A stretch of DNA of 64,000 bases from Acidobacteriota bacterium. Lineage in GTDB: Bacteria; Acidobacteriota; UBA6911. The notes under the pieces were generated by a model. It did no database searches, was not told the DNA's origin, and saw nothing but the letters and a program-made list of their open reading frames with translations. Below are positions 51,001-59,047 of the stretch, piece by piece. The stretch spans positions 6,720,001 through 6,784,000 of the forward strand of contig OY761556.1 in assembly GCA_963664705.1 (NCBI GenBank), in the 5' to 3' direction. How positions within the stretch are numbered: position 1 is the first letter of the stretch; each line of letters opens with the position of its first letter. Both the position numbers and the translations under genes were made by a program.

Positions 51001-52131
51001 AACCTGCTGATGGGGCAGCGCCTGGGCGCTACTGAAAAGGTAGTGGATGGAAAGACGTTTACCGGCGCCGCAGCCCTGAGAGCTTCCAGCGCTTACGCCA
51101 GTGGCCTCGGGTATACCACGAGGATCCGGCAGCTCCTGGCAAACGGACAATATTCCACTTTGGCGACATACCTGAATTACCTGGGCTCCACGCCGGGCCA
51201 GCTTATTCGCCAGAATGGTTTTGCCGAAAACTTCATCAAAACCAATCCTCAATTCAACAACGTGTACTTTGAGGGCAACGCAGGCCATGCCAACTATCAC
51301 TCCATGCAGGCGCAGGTGACATTGCGGCCTACCGCCACCTTGAGCGTACAGTCGACGTACACATGGTCGAGAAACCTCGGGATCACCGGTTCCTATACGG
51401 ATCCTCTGGATCGCAGGGGCGACTATTCTTTGTTGGCGTCCGATCGTACTCATGCCTGGGTGACCTACGGGAATTTTGAGTTGCCGTTCGGTCCGGGCAA
51501 GGCGTACTTCAAGGGTGCGTCCGGACCGGTGGCGAAGGTGATTTCGGGATGGCAATTAGGCTGGCTTACCAGAGTTCAGAGCGGTCAGCCGCTGAGCATC
51601 ACCTCGCAATCCATGCTTTATGGATTGGGCGTCCCGGACCTGGTCGGCGATTTTGACTTTGATCAGGTCGGAGTCACCTGGCAAGAGGGTGCAAGGAAAG
51701 GCAACTACTTCAATAATCGGTACACTTCGGTTAAAGATCCGCAGTGCTCCAACATCTCTTCAGACCTGCAGGCATTTTGCACGCTTTCCGCAATTGCTTT
51801 GGCCAGCGATACCTCGAAATATGTTTTCGTGAATCCGTCGCCGGGGAAGAGAGGCAACTTCGGACAGAACAGGATACGGACGAAGATAAGATCGTCCGTG
51901 GACACGTCGATGACCAAGGTTGTCAAATTGGGTGAGCGCAAAAGCTTCAGCCTGCGCGTTGATGCCAAAAACATCCTGAACCACCCCGATGCATCCGGTA
52001 CGCTGGGTAGTTCCGGAGCACGTATCGTCTTCCCGACTGCTCCTACCGTGGCTCTCGGCAATGGCTTCGGCGACCTGACCTATAAGGTCGGCGGGCGTAC
52101 GTTCCAGTTCATGGCGCGTTTCGAGTTTTAG
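48016..52131 (+). CDS. Oar-like TonB-dependent receptor (paralogue of 25135..29370)
   Basis: Signal peptide; MPLVNRNALDL, FFLKDDWKIRPDLTLNLGVRFDY and C-terminal GRTFQFMARFEF. Confidence 0.92.
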   Translation: MRKVSITATLILCFILSMNVFGQTNASLSGTVADGSGAIVIGVAVKATNDNTGVVTSVVSNEAGIYNFASLMAGMYTVSAEKAGFRSKTYTKVELGSGAQRRLNFTLEVGGVATQVEVSTSAEDLILESSSSVGDVLMEDTVKNMPLVNRNALDLVNVMSGVVMADDTIFNANGSSFAGVSAAGVNIQRDGIAVNDVRYPTGVNAATRVNPDLVGEFRLILAPVDAESGRGNAQIQISTKSGTNQYHGSTVWNVQNTALDPNTWENNRSSIAAPWRNQHEWTISAGGPIIKNKTFFFVLYDGQVNKIRAPFNVRSLTPCAQRGIFRYYDNWSNGNYLSTVSDAGASYPAAPVVDKNGNPTPPPYLNPSNVNSGPHNGVLRYASVFGKLLNTPTAPDCSDANIQAGTAWDSNRKAIDSTGYIAAFMKRMPQVNNYDIGDGLNTAGARWTRTLYGTDNSYGVGEDTYRRQINLRIDHNINTKHRINGSWSWERSWADNGFKTWPNGFGGLTIRRPMVLTVNFISSLSPTMLNEAKFGMSRTGTNTFSPYDNPETGEQLRKVLPQINGYGIAVGMGAGAVAFKPDDGSTGGSNDFGGRGNISNSAIDTSPRYSFGDTFSWTKGLHSFKFGGEYRRATSNSLTRFTGAFGAGTTSYAYVSGGDTTYSPVAGITSTNMPGLAGDTSGGNRSVMEDLLNFLSGSVAQVRQWRFINNATQASFNDPLKEDQFIRNFFQQEFSFFLKDDWKIRPDLTLNLGVRFDYFGVPHLDNGLTNGFVGGSGTLFGRSGTDFDGFMKPGERGSDTKLQFIGPGSPNPDAILYPRDTNNWGPAIGFAWQIPWFGKDRATLRGGYQISYIGNNGRAATIQNASGMAPGTSYLNSYTPSTTQTYLDMNNLSALVPVIPMPGNITPAIAIFPVTDRKSDITAFEPGYKSPYIQNLTLALTTNVTSKITVDVRYIGTLSRSLFSNFNINPSNFTTNGLLEAFDAARAGGESTLLNNLLMGQRLGATEKVVDGKTFTGAAALRASSAYASGLGYTTRIRQLLANGQYSTLATYLNYLGSTPGQLIRQNGFAENFIKTNPQFNNVYFEGNAGHANYHSMQAQVTLRPTATLSVQSTYTWSRNLGITGSYTDPLDRRGDYSLLASDRTHAWVTYGNFELPFGPGKAYFKGASGPVAKVISGWQLGWLTRVQSGQPLSITSQSMLYGLGVPDLVGDFDFDQVGVTWQEGARKGNYFNNRYTSVKDPQCSNISSDLQAFCTLSAIALASDTSKYVFVNPSPGKRGNFGQNRIRTKIRSSVDTSMTKVVKLGERKSFSLRVDAKNILNHPDASGTLGSSGARIVFPTAPTVALGNGFGDLTYKVGGRTFQFMARFEF

Positions 52132-52145
52132 CCGGAGGGTCCTAA

Positions 52146-52191
52146 GTGGAATTCGTGGCGTTTTTTACCCTTTTTTCGCCACGAATTCCAC
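52146..52191. terminator. 15-bp perfect hairpin
   Basis: GTGGAATTCGTGGCG-loop-CGCCACGAATTCCAC. Confidence 0.65.
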
Positions 52192-52294
52192 AAAATATTC
52201 GGTTTTTGATTTATAAGTTAACCCGTGAAAAAATTGGGATAGATGGATTCGAAATCCGGGAACAGTCGAGAACCCCGGGGAACAGGGTTATTCA

Positions 52295-52717
52295 GTGAAG
52301 AAAAACATAGTTTGTATTGCAGGCAGTTTGTTGTTGGCATGGCTTGTCGTGTCCGGTATCAGCGCCGCGGCCCAGGGATCTGTGCCCCGCATCAGCATCC
52401 AGGAATTAAAAAAGATGATGGATAGCGGGAAGCCGGTCACGATTATCGATGCGCAACCCAAGGATGTTTATAAAGAAGGACACATCAAAGGGGCGATCTC
52501 TTTGCCATGGAGATCCCAGATACCTTTGGAGGATGTGTGGAATATCCCCAAGGACAATCCCATCGTTACCTATTGTGATTGCGGGCCGGGCGAATCGGAT
52601 AGCGCGGATGTTGCGGCTCAGCTGATCCAATACGGTTACGATGATGTTAAAGTACTGGGAGATCCTTCCATTAAGGGCTGGAAACAGGCGGGCTATCCAA
52701 TGGAGAAGGGCAAATAA
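52295..52717 (+). CDS. exported rhodanese-like protein
   Basis: Signal peptide; IIDAQ, GHIKGAISLP, IVTYCDCG and GWKQAGYP motifs. Confidence 0.88.
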   Translation: MKKNIVCIAGSLLLAWLVVSGISAAAQGSVPRISIQELKKMMDSGKPVTIIDAQPKDVYKEGHIKGAISLPWRSQIPLEDVWNIPKDNPIVTYCDCGPGESDSADVAAQLIQYGYDDVKVLGDPSIKGWKQAGYPMEKGK

Positions 52718-52855
52718 CTCCATAGCTGCCCGTGGACCGTCACCAACGAGTTTGGTGTGCTGGGGGTGGATGCCGTTTTTGAAACAGGCGACGTCAAGCC
52801 GCGGCACTCCAAGGCGCTTTTGGCGCAATAAATATAAACATAAGGAGGAAGCAGG

Positions 52856-54538
52856 ATGCGGAAGATTGTTATGGTGACAATCATGATGGCGATCGCCGTC
52901 ATGTTTGTACACGTTCCATACAAAGCTCCACTGATTGCTAAGGACGCTCCTCAGCAGTTCGAGGTGCTGAGTCCGTGGGCAGAAGTGGATCCGATACCCC
53001 TGAGGGGGGTATCGCCAAGATTGGATACGATAAAGGGCAAAAAGATTGGATTGTTCGCCAATTTCAAACGTGCGGCCAAGCCCATTGCCGATGAGATTGA
53101 CAAGCAGCTGAAGGCCAAATATCCCGATATCCAGACCAGCCTTTTCCATTCCACTTTGCCCAATGTGAATGAGGCGGAGACCGTCAATAAGGAAAAGTTT
53201 GCTGCCTGGGCCAAGGGAGTTGATGCCGTCATCGGCGTGGTGGGAGATTGAGGGTCCTGCACAAAGTTCCTCGCTTACAACGGAGTTGCAATCGAGGACT
53301 TTGGCAAGCCGGTCGTGATACTGGCTAATCGCGGTTTCGTAACAGACGCTCACTCTGCTGCTTCCGGTAAGGGCCTTCCTGGCCTTCGTGTTGTTGGGGA
53401 AACTATTGCCTGCGAATCCACTGTTGCTTCCGACATCGAGTCCGGTGTCAGAGGTTCATTGGACGAGGCTATTGCTGCCCTGACCAAACCATTAACGCCT
53501 GAAGAAAAATCTCCACAGGTTAATACGGAGAAACCTCCCACCATCATCTTCAAGGGAAGCCTGGAAGATGTGAACCAGTTCTTCTATCGCAAAGGATGGA
53601 CGGATGGCCTGCCAGTCTTCGCACCCACAGAGGAAGCTGTGGCGGAGATGATGAAGGGCACGGATCTGCCTGCGGATCATATGGTGGCCAAAATCATTCC
53701 GCGCATGGGCAAGGCTACAATCAAGAAGATTGCCGTAAATGCCGTAATGGCGGGTGCACTGCCTATCCACATGCCGGTTCTGATTGCAGCCGTCGAGGCT
53801 CTTTCGGATAAGAAGACCCGGTTTGATACCTTTGAGGTAAGCACAGGTTCATGGTCTCCTATGTTTATTATCAATGGTCAGATCCGGAAGGATATTCACA
53901 TCAACTGCAGTTCAGGCGCTCTCAGCCCCGGGAACATGGCCAATTCGGTTATTGGGCGTGCCGTGGGTTTGATCGTTAAGAACATCGGCGGTGCCCGCAA
54001 GGGCGTCGAAGATATGGGGACTATCGGAAACCCCGGCAAGTACTCCCTTGTTCTCGGCGAAAATGAAGAAGAAAGCCCGTGGGCTCCGTTGAGCGTCGAT
54101 CGTGGCTTTAAAAAAGAAGACAACACATTGACGGTTTTCTTCCCGAACAACTTCGGACTGGCAATTCCCTCCGCCACCAGCGCGCAGGGTATTGCGGACG
54201 GTCTGGTTTCCATGCAGATGCGTTCCCTGTCGGCGCTGGTTGTGATTCCTGATCACGCCAGGATTCTTGCCAATGAAGGGTGGACGAAGGAAAAGGTAAA
54301 AGAATACATCGCTCAAAAGACACCTGCCGGACCGAATACGCGAAGCCGCTCGGTTGGATTGAAAACCGAGGATTTCGTTCTTGTGGTTGCCGGCGGTCCG
54401 GGCACCTGGATGGGTGCTTACCGGAGTGCTGGTGGTTTTGAGAATGAATTTGTATCAAGAAAGATCCAGCTTCCCAAGAACTGGGATGCGCTGGTAGCCA
54501 AGTATAAGAACCTGGTTCCTGTATACGAGAAGTACTAG
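52856..54538 (+). CDS. UGSC-type selenoprotein 3, probably exported (560 aa; Sec132 at TGA 53249-53251, motif GD-U-GSC)
   Basis: ORFs 52856..53251 and 53315..54538 are in frame; intervening GSCTKFLAYNGVAIEDFGKPV is open; GWTDGLPVFAPT and IAVNAVMAG domain. Confidence 0.92.
53262..53303 (+). promoter_or_regulatory. SECIS-like hairpin
   Basis: Lower stem CAAAGTTCCTCG/CGAGGACTTTG with one bulged U; upper stem CAAC-GGA-GTTG; loop 30 nt after UGA. Confidence 0.72.
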
Positions 54539-54547
54539 CTTTAGCTC

Positions 54548-54585
54548 GCGGGATTCGTGGCGACGCCCGTCGTCACGAATCTCAC
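54548..54585. terminator. hairpin after selenoprotein 3
   Basis: GCGGGATTCGTGGCGACG / CGTCGTCACGAATCTCAC; related in sequence to 52146-52191. Confidence 0.6.
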
Positions 54586-54637
54586 GAACGGCGTTGCGAA
54601 AGCGATCACGCTCTTGCCGGCGAGACGCCTATCTTTG

Positions 54638-54853
54638 AACCGCGAAGACCTCGAAGACCGCAAAGATTTTTTTGGCTTATTTTGCTGCTGGGCAATGAGA
54701 TAGTGTGATGGATAGGAAAGAAGTTGCGCATCATATTGTCGATTCAGCGGTGCCCGCTGTATGAAGCATCAAGGATGGAATCCAGCGTAGGATCTGGCGA
54801 GAGCGACAACTGCAAAACCTGCAAAAATATTTTCCTTCGCCGTCTTCGCGGTT
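54638..54853. repeat. short element bounded by 19-bp inverted repeats (MITE/REP-like)
   Basis: AACCGCGAAGACCTCGAAG versus reverse complement of CTTCGCCGTCTTCGCGGTT, 17/19 identical. Confidence 0.5.
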
Positions 54854-54914
54854 AATGGGGCCACTAATTCAGTCAAGTTAGGGGGCTGATATGCATTGCG
54901 ATCCCAAGTTCCTT

Positions 54915-54955
54915 GGAATCCGGAATCTGGAATCTGGAATCCGAAATCTGGAATT
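54915..54955. repeat. heptamer tandem repeat (GGAATCY, about 6 copies)
   Basis: ggaatcc ggaatct ggaatct ggaatcc gaaatct ggaatt. Confidence 0.8.
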
Positions 54956-55913
54956 ACTTCCCTCCCCACCCCGAATGAATCCCGTGCTTATCCATATATC
55001 CGATAGCTTCAATCTCGTGAATCCTGCCGTTTTTTAGCTTAAATACATGGGCTGCAACCGTATCGAAAGCCCCGTATTGGTTTCGTCTTTCTTTGATTCC
55101 GGGAACCCCGGTGATTTTCATGAATTCAGATTTTCCATCGTGACGGAAGATCGAGAACGCAAATATCAAACCCATTTCCTCATCCACCGCGAGCAAGCGC
55201 CTGTGGTCAATGCCGGTGATGCTGCTCCAGACGCCGGAGCTGATTTGATCACCGCACTCCATTTTTCGGAAGACGGAGAAATCGTCATTGGCGGCTTCCT
55301 CATGGGTCTGGTTCTGGTGATTGGCGGTGATGACTCCATTTTCCCTGCGCTGGCAGCCCGGTGCAAAAGGAGCCACTTTCCCATCAACGCGGACAATGGA
55401 GTCGTAATAGGCGTTGGCGGCTTCCAGCATTTGGCCGCGCGAGACTCTTTCCGAAGATTTGAGCGGTTGAGCAAAGGCGGCACGCGGATGGATGAAATTG
55501 CTTTCTATCTGTTCTTTGGGCTTGCGCACTACCAGGTGGTCAATTTCGGTGATTTGGCCCTTGGTCAGTTTTAGTCGGGCGCCCACGATGGCCGGTTTGT
55601 TGTCCACGTGGATCACGCCGATAAAGCCAACCTGGCCTGTGACCGGATCGGCGACACGGATCTGGAAATTTGGTAGTGGGGGGCCGGAGATTGTTTTCCA
55701 CAAGCCCTTGCCTATTTCGGTCTTTTCGGTATTTTCGACAAACTGCACGTTTGACGCAAGCGGCGCGCGGGATGGATCGTGTTTTGCCAGAGCGGCAAGA
55801 TAGCGGTCCATCATTTTGATCAGACATCGCCGGCCACACGTATTATCGGCCGCCGGTGATTGCAGCGCAGCCAACAGAAAAAGCATACCAGCGATAGTTG
55901 GCATCTTCTTCAT
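54954..55913 (-). CDS. secreted hypothetical protein, possibly duplicated NTF2/SnoaL-like fold
   Basis: Signal peptide; CGRRCL..MDRYLAAL, GQITEID and FKLKNGRIHEIEA motifs. Confidence 0.7.
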   Translation of the reverse strand: MKKMPTIAGMLFLLAALQSPAADNTCGRRCLIKMMDRYLAALAKHDPSRAPLASNVQFVENTEKTEIGKGLWKTISGPPLPNFQIRVADPVTGQVGFIGVIHVDNKPAIVGARLKLTKGQITEIDHLVVRKPKEQIESNFIHPRAAFAQPLKSSERVSRGQMLEAANAYYDSIVRVDGKVAPFAPGCQRRENGVITANHQNQTHEEAANDDFSVFRKMECGDQISSGVWSSITGIDHRRLLAVDEEMGLIFAFSIFRHDGKSEFMKITGVPGIKERRNQYGAFDTVAAHVFKLKNGRIHEIEAIGYMDKHGIHSGWGGK

Positions 55914-56057
55914 AGGCCCCCCTTCAGACCTGCTCATTCAGCCGGACCGTGCCGGCTCCGGAATGCAGAGCCGCGAACCCAATTTTTATGGGGAGGTATT
56001 GTAAGTCAATGGGCTGTGGCAAATCAACGGCACCGGGAAGGCCGGGGTTTCGGATTT

Positions 56058-57005
56058 CTATAATAGATGCGCGCAGCTTTCGGGATGCCGGGCCAGATAT
56101 TCCTCGAGCGATAGTGCGGCGTGTCCGGTCAGTTCAGTGACAGCATTGCTGACGTGGGCAAGATCTCCTGCAGCAATTTGCAGGAAGTGCGTGACAAAAA
56201 CCTCTACTTCGTAATCATCCAGCCCATGCCCCGTCAACGCAATCCGCTCCGCTTCAAATTTCTCGAGCCTGCTGGTCGTGCGCGTGATCCTGGCTTCCTG
56301 TGTTGTTTGCGGACGATAGACGATTTCCCGTCCCACCGCGGCGGATAGGATTGCCGCAGTTTCGGACATGGTCAGCGCTTCGGGACCGGTGATGTCAAAG
56401 GTGCGGCCGGCATGGCCGTTCCCGGTCAGGACCGACGCGGCTGCATCGGCAATGTCATCGCGCGTGACCCATGCGGCGCGTCCGTAAGCGGCGGGCACGC
56501 GAATCACATCGTCCTTGGACACACATTGCGGAACGTTATCCGTATACAGGCCGACGCGGAGGAAGGTAAACGAAATCCCGGATGCGCGAATGTATTCCTC
56601 GGTATGAAAATGGTCGTGAGCAAGGATAAAGGTAGCATCCGGAGCTGCCTTTATTACCGAAAGATAAACAATGCGGTTTACTCCAGCCGAAAGCGCCGCG
56701 TCTATGGCCGAACAGTGTTCCTGCAAGCGGTCGTATGTCGGAGCGGGAGTGCCGGCCTTGGCACACATGTGCGCGACTCCGAACCGGTCCCTTGCTGAGA
56801 CCAGGAACAGTGTTTCGATGCCTGCCAGAGCCTTGCGCATGGCGTGACCATCGCTATAGGAGGATGCCTGGACAATTTCCGCGGCGGGAAGATGCGGCGT
56901 CCAGGAGGCGTTGCGCACGATCAGTCGCTGCGGGATCCCCAGGCTGGCAAGACGCGCAGCAACCCTTCCTCCGATCTGTCCCGATGCCCCGGTCACTGCC
57001 AGCAT
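56058..57005 (-). CDS. NmrA/atypical SDR NAD(P)-binding oxidoreductase
   Basis: AVTGASGQIG, RIVYLS, RDDIADAA and DITGPEALT motifs. Confidence 0.9.
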   Translation of the reverse strand: MLAVTGASGQIGGRVAARLASLGIPQRLIVRNASWTPHLPAAEIVQASSYSDGHAMRKALAGIETLFLVSARDRFGVAHMCAKAGTPAPTYDRLQEHCSAIDAALSAGVNRIVYLSVIKAAPDATFILAHDHFHTEEYIRASGISFTFLRVGLYTDNVPQCVSKDDVIRVPAAYGRAAWVTRDDIADAAASVLTGNGHAGRTFDITGPEALTMSETAAILSAAVGREIVYRPQTTQEARITRTTSRLEKFEAERIALTGHGLDDYEVEVFVTHFLQIAAGDLAHVSNAVTELTGHAALSLEEYLARHPESCAHLL

Positions 57006-57049
57006 TCTGTTTGCCTCTCAACAAGCTCCAGGAGATTTTTGGTCAGAAA

Positions 57050-58924
57050 CTAAAACTCCCGAAGCGATTCGTGTACGCCTTTGTGAATTTCATACCAGAA
57101 TTCGAGCGCTGCCTCGTTTTTATCTTTCCCGAATTTATCGATCCACGCTGAAAGCTCGGGGCTTTTATCCGCCTCGACTTCCCGCTTGCGCGTCAGATAG
57201 GTGTATAGCATATCGGTTGTGCGTTCCGATTCCCAGAAAATCGAGGCGTTCCGGCTGTTGATGCGGCTGGCCGTCACGGAGATCATCTCAAGAAACCGGC
57301 TCTTGCGCCCAAACAGGGTATCGACAATGTCCGGAAGCATCTCTTCCGCCCAACCTCGATGGAAACGGCACATTCCGAGGTCATCGAGGACAAGTTCGGC
57401 ACGCAGCCGTTCGGCATTTTTCCGGCCCAGCGCGCGTGGAGGAACAAAATCGTTTCCATAATACATGTAATACTTGCCCATGATCGGCATGGGGGATAGC
57501 GCCCCAGGCGTCCAGTATTGGTTGGGGACCATCCATCCTTTTCGTCCATAGCCGACGAAAACAAACGGATCGAGAACCTTTTTCCCCAGCTTGCGAGCCA
57601 GGCGACGGCCCGTTTTTCTGGCGCCTTCGCTGAAATCCAGAGCGCCTCGTTTCTGGATCATTCCTTCGAGGAGGCGGCAGCCGATGTCCGCGTTGTGCAT
57701 GGAATCCGCTTCGATGTTGAAGCCGGCCACATTGAAAACAGGCTTCTCGGCGATTCCTGTCTGATCCGCGGAAAGCAGTTCCTGATCCATGCAGTCCATC
57801 AGCCATGAAAGAACTCCGCCGGCCGAGATTGCATCGAAACCATAACGATCGGCATGGTGATTCAATTGCTCGGCCGCACGCTGGTCGAAAATGCCGCACA
57901 GCGGGCCCATGGTCTGGTAAGGTTCGTAATCCTTTTTCAGGCCGCCATTCATTTTTTTGCAGACTGCCGGGCAGGGTTCTCCGCAATGATGCTGCTGCCT
58001 GGGAACAATGGTTTCCGCATTGAACTGTTGCAGGTAGTGATCAAGGATGAACTTGCGATGAAGTTCCAGGCGCTCTTCTTCTTTCATATAGATGGTACGG
58101 TAGTTGAAAGCGAGAACGCGTCCCCCCATCGTGGCATAGTTGACGCCGAAAGTACCGCCCGTCTGGAGATTGGGATCGTAGCGGTACTTTACGGTTGATT
58201 CCAGATCTTTGGTGCTCAGCTTTCGGTTGTATTTCTGCTGGAACCACTCATCGGCGACTTTACGATTTCTAAAGTCCTCATCCGCGTAGGTGCCCCCGTA
58301 GATGATTGCGGCGATGCCATGCTGCTGCAGCATCTTGCTGCCGAAGCCGCCGCGTCCGGCCCAGGTGTCCACCGGAGTCAATTTGCCCGACTGGATGGGA
58401 ACCGAGGCGATGGCTCCAAAATCAGTGGACTCCGCGGCCGGTCCTACGGCCAGAATCCTCGGCTCGGTTTCGTAGTGAATTCCGTAGTTTTGAAATACAT
58501 GATCCATCAGCGCATAAATGCCACCGCGCCCTTCGCTCCAGATTTGCGACAGGTTGAGCGGTTCCAGCCGCACTTCAATTTCTTCCGCATGGGTTCGATT
58601 GAGGAACAGGACGGAGGGAACGGGGGCCTTGCCAACCAGCGAAACCATGTTGATCCCAAGGTTGTCGAATACGAGGCCGGCGCCGCCCATGGTTGAAACA
58701 TAAAAGCCGCCCCAGCAGGGAGAGAAGCCGTTGAAGATCATTCGATTGGATCCAGGGAGGATCGAGCCGGCCAGCAATCCCACGCCGATATTCAGGCTGT
58801 TGAATTTTCCGGCCAGGTGAAGACCCAGATCCACCGGCCCGAAGAAATCATCCAGCGAATAGCGACTGATTCGATAATAGCCGCTGTTTGCATCAACAAA
58901 GAGAACCTTCTGAAAGTTGTCCAT
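57050..58924 (-). CDS. AOR-family oxidoreductase of GAPOR-like type
   Basis: WAGRGGFGS, TGGTFGVNY, CGEPCPAVCKK and DYEPYQTMGPLCGIFDQRAAE motifs. Confidence 0.8.
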   Translation of the reverse strand: MDNFQKVLFVDANSGYYRISRYSLDDFFGPVDLGLHLAGKFNSLNIGVGLLAGSILPGSNRMIFNGFSPCWGGFYVSTMGGAGLVFDNLGINMVSLVGKAPVPSVLFLNRTHAEEIEVRLEPLNLSQIWSEGRGGIYALMDHVFQNYGIHYETEPRILAVGPAAESTDFGAIASVPIQSGKLTPVDTWAGRGGFGSKMLQQHGIAAIIYGGTYADEDFRNRKVADEWFQQKYNRKLSTKDLESTVKYRYDPNLQTGGTFGVNYATMGGRVLAFNYRTIYMKEEERLELHRKFILDHYLQQFNAETIVPRQQHHCGEPCPAVCKKMNGGLKKDYEPYQTMGPLCGIFDQRAAEQLNHHADRYGFDAISAGGVLSWLMDCMDQELLSADQTGIAEKPVFNVAGFNIEADSMHNADIGCRLLEGMIQKRGALDFSEGARKTGRRLARKLGKKVLDPFVFVGYGRKGWMVPNQYWTPGALSPMPIMGKYYMYYGNDFVPPRALGRKNAERLRAELVLDDLGMCRFHRGWAEEMLPDIVDTLFGRKSRFLEMISVTASRINSRNASIFWESERTTDMLYTYLTRKREVEADKSPELSAWIDKFGKDKNEAALEFWYEIHKGVHESLREF

Positions 58925-59047
58925 GATGCCCTCAAAATACCACTTATCGGCACATTTGGGGAAAATCGGGTGGACGCACTCGGATTTTTATTGTACGAAA
59001 TTTCGGGAAACGGAGCCGGGGTTCTGCCGGCGATTTGCTTTTGATGT

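Noticed and set aside
37229-53251. Reading the four split genes as nonsense pseudogenes or as separate small and large ORFs
   Set aside because: Four independent stops are all TGA. Three fall at the same aligned position in paralogues, all sit in U-x(1-2)-C motifs with hairpins, and the intervening codons are conserved coding sequence.
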